IMG/VR virus record: IMGVR_UViG_3300005542_000007
Span: 77,878 to 141,877 of that record
Origin: a virus
Reading direction: 5' to 3' (one strand)
Length of the DNA: 64,000 nucleotides
Below, piece by piece: positions 58,195 through 64,000 of the stretch. How positions within the stretch are numbered: position 1 is the stretch's first letter; each line of letters starts with the position of its first letter. The notes under the pieces are model-generated. The model was given only the letters and a program-made list of their open reading frames with translations, did not search any database and was not told the DNA's origin. The position numbers and the translations under genes were made by a program.

Positions 58195-58443
58195 ATGAGC
58201 GTCGGTTATATCTCACAGTTTTTTTTCGCCCTTTGCCTCCTTCCACAGAACGTTGCTTTGTTTACAAGAAAAACAACCAAGGGAGTTTCTGGTTGGATGT
58301 GGGTGATTCAGGCTTTGGGTTACACTTTTGGTTTGGTATACGGCCTGAATATCCATCAATGGCCCTTAATTTTAGGAAACTTTTGGGGACTGATTTGCAG
58401 TGCAATTTTTACAATTGGATTTCTTAAATACCGGGACAAATAA
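58195..58443 (+). CDS. PQ-loop/SemiSWEET-like membrane protein
   Basis: LPQ....TRK.TKGVS, 3 TM segments, WPLILGN. Confidence 0.7.
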   Translation: MSVGYISQFFFALCLLPQNVALFTRKTTKGVSGWMWVIQALGYTFGLVYGLNIHQWPLILGNFWGLICSAIFTIGFLKYRDK

Positions 58444-58904
58444 TGTACAGACTTTCTGAAGAGGTTGCACGTAAAATTTTAAGGAACGTGAAAAATCCCG
58501 AAATAGGGCCGCTGGATATTACGCAGAAAGATCCATTCAGTCCAAAGAATTTGAATTCGATTGGTTTTACTGACCCTTATTGTTGTATTGGAACGGACTT
58601 CCCATACATTTTGGAGTTGCCGTACCCATTTATAAATCCTCGTCTGCCAAATATCCCTGGACTCGATGGTTATTGGTTGTACAAAAATTACGAGTTGGTT
58701 CCTCCCACCGAACCTTTTAGTGTTCCTCGTTATTTAGCAGACCCAAATATGCAGGATGGGGAAGAGCAGATAGACGTGACGGATTGTTCTATTGTTATTC
58801 CCGATGAGGTTCAAAAGCTTACGTGCCTTTCACTTACGACCTTTGAATCATTAATAAAATACGAACCAGCCATATTGGATTGTTTGCAAAAGGACTTGAA
58901 ATGA
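58443..58904 (+). CDS. Hypothetical protein
   Basis: Coupled ORF. Confidence 0.5.
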   Translation: MYRLSEEVARKILRNVKNPEIGPLDITQKDPFSPKNLNSIGFTDPYCCIGTDFPYILELPYPFINPRLPNIPGLDGYWLYKNYELVPPTEPFSVPRYLADPNMQDGEEQIDVTDCSIVIPDEVQKLTCLSLTTFESLIKYEPAILDCLQKDLK

Positions 58905-59299
58905 CTGATGAAACCGACGAACCGTTAAAGCCGCCCTCAGTTCCTCTTTTTGACATTCCTCCGCACATATTACGCAGCATGTCAGCAGAGGCTGAGAAAG
59001 ACATGGACAAGTTTTCAAACCCAGTCGATTTCATTATGGCTGAACGAAAGAAAAGACAAGTTGAGGTGTCAGCACCATCTGGTTTGCCCGCGCCTACCTC
59101 CGCTCCATGCCCACAAGTAGAGGCGCAGCCAAAGATTCCCTTGGTTGCAATTGATGGGCACGTTCTTCCTGGCGATACGGTTACAATGATGCTTTATTCA
59201 CTTGTGACGTTAGCGAGGAAAGATAAGAAAATTGCAAAGCTTTTGAAGTCGTTCAAGTACGTAATGAAGGATGTGAATGGGGAGCAAGTGTGGCCGTAG
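58901..59299 (+). CDS. Hypothetical protein
   Basis: Coupled ORF. Confidence 0.5.
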   Translation: MTDETDEPLKPPSVPLFDIPPHILRSMSAEAEKDMDKFSNPVDFIMAERKKRQVEVSAPSGLPAPTSAPCPQVEAQPKIPLVAIDGHVLPGDTVTMMLYSLVTLARKDKKIAKLLKSFKYVMKDVNGEQVWP

Positions 59300-59317
59300 A
59301 ATTTAAAGGAAAACACC

Positions 59318-59368
59318 CTTAAAAGCATAATAAAATGTGGTATTATTAGGAAGTATGTGACCACTTCC
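59318..59368 (+). promoter_or_regulatory. Repeated promoter-hairpin leader, copy 3
   Basis: Same 21-mer at 59327-59347, then GGAAGT-8 nt-ACTTCC. Confidence 0.65.
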
Positions 59369-59391
59369 ATTAACTTAAAAGGGATAATTTT

Positions 59392-60303
59392 ATGAAAAAA
59401 GAAAGTAAGAAATTTAGACTTTGGGCAGCACAACATAGAAATACAGTTATATCGATGTCATTAAGTACCTTAGCCAAAAAATTTGGGCTGTCTACTGTGG
59501 GTATTTGGAAAATTAATAAAGAATTCAATATAAAAACAGCTCCTATTTTAATAAAAAAGTTCTGTATTCACGGACATGATATTTCTATTGTTGGTAGAAC
59601 GAAAGATGGTAAATGTAAAGAATGTAAAAGGGCGCATAGAAAAAGAACTTATGTTCCCCACCCCAGAAAACTAAAACGTTTTTGCAAGCGGGGGCATGAT
59701 TTACGGAAGGTTGGAAGATACAAGGGTAGAGCGTGTAAACAATGTGCTAAGGAAAATTATCATAAGAATCGTATAATTAGATTGCAACAAATGAAAAAAT
59801 ATCGAGAAGAAAACAAAGAATATTTTGCTATAAAAAGGCATGAATATTATTTGGTACACAAAGCTGAACTCTTAGAACAGACTAAAAAGTGGAGAGAGGA
59901 AAATAAAGAAATTCTTCTCCCGAAGCGTAGAAAATATCTTCAGATACTGTATGCGACAGACATTCAGTACAGAATAGCTAAAAATTTGAGACGAAGACTT
60001 AAATTAGCTTTAGAAGGTAATTTCAAGACTGGTTCAGCCATTAAGGATTTGGGATGTACAATTGAGTTTTTGACGGCTTACTTACAAAATAAATTTTACG
60101 GTAAAATGACTTGGGATAATTACGGAACTTATTGGGAAATCGATCACGTTAACGCTTTATGGAAGTTCGATTTAACTAAACGCGAAGAATTTTTAATGGC
60201 AGTTAATTTCACTAACCTTCAACCACTAACTAAGCCAGATCACCAAAAGAAAACTATTAAAGAATTGAAGGAAAGAAATAAAATTTATGCTCGATCTAAA
60301 TAA
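59392..60303 (+). CDS. HNH endonuclease with two CxxGH zinc fingers
   Basis: FCIHGHD..., FCKRGHD..., LGCTIEFL...WEIDH...NFTNLQPL. Confidence 0.82.
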   Translation: MKKESKKFRLWAAQHRNTVISMSLSTLAKKFGLSTVGIWKINKEFNIKTAPILIKKFCIHGHDISIVGRTKDGKCKECKRAHRKRTYVPHPRKLKRFCKRGHDLRKVGRYKGRACKQCAKENYHKNRIIRLQQMKKYREENKEYFAIKRHEYYLVHKAELLEQTKKWREENKEILLPKRRKYLQILYATDIQYRIAKNLRRRLKLALEGNFKTGSAIKDLGCTIEFLTAYLQNKFYGKMTWDNYGTYWEIDHVNALWKFDLTKREEFLMAVNFTNLQPLTKPDHQKKTIKELKERNKIYARSK

Positions 60304-62866
60304 TACAAATTGCCAAAAATGTCCTACTTTGTGTAAAAATAGAAAACAAGTAGTGAACGGCATAGGTCCAGAAAACGATGTAAAAATATTGTTGGTTGGC
60401 GAAGCTCCTGGACCAGATGAAAACGAGCAGGGCCAGCCCTTTGTCGGTCGCGCCGGACAGCAATTAAACAGGATGCTTGCTATCGCAGGAATTTCAAGAG
60501 AGCAGGTAAGGGTTGTAAACGCTGTTCGATGTTTTCCAAAGAACGAAGATAGAAGTGTGATGGCAAGTTTCCGTGCTCCTACTTGGGATGAAATTGAAGC
60601 TTGCCGTGGGTATTTAAAGCAGGAGATTGAAGCGATAAAACCCAACGTAATTGTTCCTTTGGGAAGTGTTGCTTTGAGTGCGATTATGGGTTCAAAGAGT
60701 GCTGCCGCTTCGACGAAAATTACAAAGGTACGTGGTACCGAATTCTGGAGTGAAGAACTTAATTGTAAAATTATGCCGACCTTCCATCCCTCAGCCGTTA
60801 TGCGCGATCCCAACCGAGAGCCAACAGTCATTCAGGATTTTGTTCGGATTCGTGAATCCTCACAATACGCTGAGTTGTCCAAAGGTGACGAGGGGAATTA
60901 CATTACGTTGGACACAATGGAGAAAGTAGATGCTTTCTTCGAACGAATGAGGGAAGTGCCAAACTTCGTTTTCGACTTGGAAACCAACTCCCTGGACTGG
61001 CAGGTTGGTGAAATTTTAGAAGTGGCATTCTCATGGAAAGAGAAGACAGCTTGTGTCCTTCCCCTTACAAAGTACGTTGGAATTCCATATCAGGAAATTG
61101 AAATTAAAAAGCGCAAAAGCAAAAAGAAAGTGGATGGAAAGGTTCAAGTGGTTGAAGTGGAAAAGCAAGTGACAATAGAGAAGGTTCGAGACACTTACGA
61201 ACCTTACTGGGGCGACAAGCAGGAATACGTCCTTGGGAAACTTAAAGAGTTGATGGAATCTGAGAAGGGTAAGATTGGACAGAATTTAAAGTTTGACAGC
61301 AAATGGTTCATGCAAAAAGGCTGGGTCGTTAACAACATAATTTTCGATACAATGCTTGCTGCTCATCTACTTAACGAGAATAACAAGGGCGGCTTGGACC
61401 TCACTTCTTTATCTTTGTTGTACACAAGTATGGGAGCGTATGACAGACCCGTTGAGGAGTGGTTCAAGGAACACAAAGTATCGGCAAATAACAGAAATTA
61501 TGCACATTTACCGGAAGAGCTTCGAATGAAATACGCTTGCATGGATGCGGATTGTACGTACAGACTTTTTGAGAAATTTGCTCCTTTATTGGCTAAGGAA
61601 AATTTAACAGATATTTTCAACCGTTTAATTATTCCGTTAAACAACACTCTCACTGAAGCAGAGTGGCGTGGTGTGAAGATGGATACGCAGTACCTTCAAG
61701 TATTGAAGAAGGAACTTGAGACGGACATTGCAGCACTTGAGAAACGCATTAAGGCAGTGACGGGTGACATGAACCTCAACTCCCCAGACCAGCTAAGGGA
61801 TCTTTTGTTTAAACAATTAAAACTCCCAAAGATTAAAAAAACAAAGAAGGGCGATGATTCAACCGACGTTGAAGTGTTAACAATTTTAGCAGACATGAAT
61901 CCCATTCCACAGTTGATTCTCGATTACCGCAAGATGGAAAAGCTTTACAACACTTATGTTGTGGGTATTGAAGAGAAGTTGGATAAAGATGGATACTTGC
62001 ATGGGTCGTTTAATATTACAGGAACTGAGAGTGGGCGTCTTTCCAGCAGTGACCCAAACCTTCAAAACATTCCAAAGAAAGACAAACGAATTAAGAAGAT
62101 GTTCAGAGCCGAAGAAGGAAACGTGATGGTAGAGGGCGACTTGTCTCAAGCTGAGATTTGTTTCTGGGCAGAGTTTAGCCGTGACCCACAGATGTTGATG
62201 GACATTGCAAACGGGCTTGACATGCACAAACAAACTGCTGCAACAACCGCTACTCTCATTAAGAAAGTAAAAGTTACCCCAGAAGAAGTAACAGACGATC
62301 AACGAACCTTGGCGAAACGAACTGCCTTTGGTTTGTTGTACGGTATGGGTGATGAAAAGTTTGCGAAGCAGAATCATTGTACAGTTGAAGAAGCTGCCCA
62401 AGGAAGGGTAGCATTTTTTGGTCGTTATCCAATCGCCAAACAATGGCTGTACCACATTGTTCGAGAAGCAAGAATGAATGGATTTGTAACGAACTTGTTT
62501 GGCCGTCGAAGACATTTGCCAGGAATCAACAGTCAAGACGAAATGGTAAAATATGAAGCGGAAGCTGCTGCGAAGAATTCTCCAATTCAAGGAACCGCTT
62601 CTGACTACACTTGCAATGCAGCCAATAGAATTGTAATGCGATTTAAAGAGTTGGGATTGTCTGGCAAACTTCGTATTTTGATTCACGATGCTATTTTGAT
62701 GGACATTCCCAAGAGTGAGTTGGAACAGTCGATTAGTGTAATGAAAGAAGAAATTGAACGCCCAGTTTGCAACATTGTAGTTCCCATTCGAGCGGATTTC
62801 TCAACGGGTCCAAATTGGGGCGAAATGAAAAAGTACGAATTTAAAAAGGAGGCAGTAACGATATGA
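60287..62866 (+). CDS. polA: Family A DNA polymerase with an N-terminal family-4 UDG-like domain (SPO1-type architecture)
   Basis: VGEAPG..E...PFVG.AG, HPS; exonuclease DLET, DAD; polymerase GRLSS..PNLQNIP, DLSQAE, K...FG..YG, IHDA. Confidence 0.93.
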   Translation: MLDLNNTNCQKCPTLCKNRKQVVNGIGPENDVKILLVGEAPGPDENEQGQPFVGRAGQQLNRMLAIAGISREQVRVVNAVRCFPKNEDRSVMASFRAPTWDEIEACRGYLKQEIEAIKPNVIVPLGSVALSAIMGSKSAAASTKITKVRGTEFWSEELNCKIMPTFHPSAVMRDPNREPTVIQDFVRIRESSQYAELSKGDEGNYITLDTMEKVDAFFERMREVPNFVFDLETNSLDWQVGEILEVAFSWKEKTACVLPLTKYVGIPYQEIEIKKRKSKKKVDGKVQVVEVEKQVTIEKVRDTYEPYWGDKQEYVLGKLKELMESEKGKIGQNLKFDSKWFMQKGWVVNNIIFDTMLAAHLLNENNKGGLDLTSLSLLYTSMGAYDRPVEEWFKEHKVSANNRNYAHLPEELRMKYACMDADCTYRLFEKFAPLLAKENLTDIFNRLIIPLNNTLTEAEWRGVKMDTQYLQVLKKELETDIAALEKRIKAVTGDMNLNSPDQLRDLLFKQLKLPKIKKTKKGDDSTDVEVLTILADMNPIPQLILDYRKMEKLYNTYVVGIEEKLDKDGYLHGSFNITGTESGRLSSSDPNLQNIPKKDKRIKKMFRAEEGNVMVEGDLSQAEICFWAEFSRDPQMLMDIANGLDMHKQTAATTATLIKKVKVTPEEVTDDQRTLAKRTAFGLLYGMGDEKFAKQNHCTVEEAAQGRVAFFGRYPIAKQWLYHIVREARMNGFVTNLFGRRRHLPGINSQDEMVKYEAEAAAKNSPIQGTASDYTCNAANRIVMRFKELGLSGKLRILIHDAILMDIPKSELEQSISVMKEEIERPVCNIVVPIRADFSTGPNWGEMKKYEFKKEAVTI

Positions 62867-63252
62867 ACGAGCAACCTAAATGGGACAAACTTCCAACCTT
62901 TACAGATTACCACGAGCTTGAGAAAACTTCTTTAGAATCTTACCAAGAGTGGACAGATAAGACCGCAATCTATCCCAAGGATGAACCACTTTATTACACG
63001 GTCCTTGGACTCGTTAATGAAGCTGGGGAAGTGGCTGGAGTAGTTAAGAAGATTATGCGGGACGACAACAAAATTGTAACGCCTGAGAAACGTGAAAAGA
63101 TTATTGCGGAGTGTGGGGATGTGTTTTGGTATTTGGCTCGAATCGCTCAAGAATTGAATTTCTCATTGGAAGAAGTTATCGAGAAAAATAGAACGAAGCT
63201 TGAAGACCGCCTGAAGCGTAACGTCATCCAAGGGTCTGGAGATAACAGGTGA
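62863..63252 (+). CDS. mazG: MazG-like NTP pyrophosphohydrolase
   Basis: LGL.NEAGEVA..VKK..RD, E.GDVFWY, N..KL..R..R..I.GSGDNR. Confidence 0.88.
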   Translation: MNEQPKWDKLPTFTDYHELEKTSLESYQEWTDKTAIYPKDEPLYYTVLGLVNEAGEVAGVVKKIMRDDNKIVTPEKREKIIAECGDVFWYLARIAQELNFSLEEVIEKNRTKLEDRLKRNVIQGSGDNR

Positions 63253-63424
63253 AGAAATTTCCCCGCGAGTTATTCTTTTTTGGAGAAGTATTTATTGCTT
63301 GTTTGGCGTTGCGGGAATTTCCCCACGCTTCTGATATTTTGGCGATGTTCCTTTTTATGCAACTTCCAATTGTAAGCGTAATAGCAATTGTATGGCTAGA
63401 TAGAACAACTGGAAATAATCGTTA

Positions 63425-63964
63425 ATGTTTGATTGGCTGAATAAAATTAATGTTCGCGTTTACGCTGCTCAGCAGATGACCGGAGTTAGGCGAAGCGTTA
63501 TTTACCAGCGCAATGCTTACTGTAGTAGGGTATTTACAAAATACGGAATTACAGTTCTCAGCCCAGTAACAGAAGAGGGCGTGAAATCCGATAAGAAGAG
63601 ATTGAACCAACCATCCCAAGAACAGCTTAGGTACTTTTGGAAACGCGACAAGTGGTTGATTCGCAACAGCCACATCCTTGTGGATATTACGGGTCCATCA
63701 AAAAGCCAGGGTCTTTTACACGAGATTGGGCTCTCACGTTATTTTTATTTTAAGCCGATTGTACGTGTTATGAAACTTTACGGTCCTTCGGTTGCTATTG
63801 AAGAAGAGGACTTGATTGCCCCCACAGTGGAGAAGGCCGCTAAATTTATTGTTGAGGAGTTTGGAACGCCATGGAAAAGATTGAAGTGGAAATTTAAATT
63901 GTTTGGTCGATGCTTTCCTGGGTATATGTGGATACGCTTAAAATGGTGGGGGGACTGGATTTGA
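63425..63964 (+). CDS. Nucleoside 2-deoxyribosyltransferase-like protein
   Basis: VY.A..MTG, LSP, RD..LI..S, S.G...EIG. Confidence 0.55.
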   Translation: MFDWLNKINVRVYAAQQMTGVRRSVIYQRNAYCSRVFTKYGITVLSPVTEEGVKSDKKRLNQPSQEQLRYFWKRDKWLIRNSHILVDITGPSKSQGLLHEIGLSRYFYFKPIVRVMKLYGPSVAIEEEDLIAPTVEKAAKFIVEEFGTPWKRLKWKFKLFGRCFPGYMWIRLKWWGDWI

Positions 63965-64000
63965 CAAACATTTTCAAACACGAACCCGGACAATTTAAGG

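Noticed and set aside
63961-63990. TTGACAAA near the window end as a promoter
   Set aside because: No -10 box at 16-18 nt spacing.
762-63993. Numerous minus-strand and alternative-frame ORFs in the track
   Set aside because: They are shadows of well-supported + strand genes, with no recognisable motifs or RBS context.
1-64000. Alternative genetic code (stop-codon reassignment)
   Set aside because: Core genes are intact in the standard code and end in TAA, TAG or TGA. No suppressor tRNA was seen.

Overview
A 64 kb segment of a large, AT-rich, contractile-tailed (myovirus-like) phage. Essentially all genes are on the + strand and use the standard genetic code. 1-22 kb is the tail/baseplate module: sheath, tube, frameshifted chaperone, tape measure, hub, spike, wedge, baseplate J, fibres, a Kelch protein and a collar protein. 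Four ice-binding-like DUF3494 domains are inserted into three of these virion proteins. 22-41 kb holds accessory and host-takeover genes: amidase, MetAP, SprT, ThyX, 3 canonical tRNAs, SF2 helicase, phosphoesterase, nucleotidyltransferase, exported/outer-membrane-like proteins, ClpP, a NARP1-like Prs+NAMPT pair, a Mom-like DNA-modifying enzyme and a BT1-like transporter. 41-64 kb covers replication and recombination: DnaB, primase Zn finger, SSB, RecA, AAA ATPase, split SbcC/SbcD, a GGQ release-factor-like protein, UDG-fused PolA, MazG and several HNH endonucleases. Top findings: (1) a complete but non-canonical tRNA-Gly(TCC) hidden in-frame inside the Mom-like gene. It keeps the GlyRS identity elements but has lost ribosome/EF-Tu features, so it is a candidate dedicated glycyl donor for DNA hypermodification. 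(2) A dispersed family of about 12 microproteins, mostly Cys/His-rich, sharing a 16-residue 'DNL' C-terminal tail and usually ATGA-coupled to the next gene. (3) Mobile DUF3494 domains decorating the virion. (4) A shared promoter-hairpin/zinc-finger cassette in front of three different HNH genes. All family calls are by motif recognition; no searches were run.
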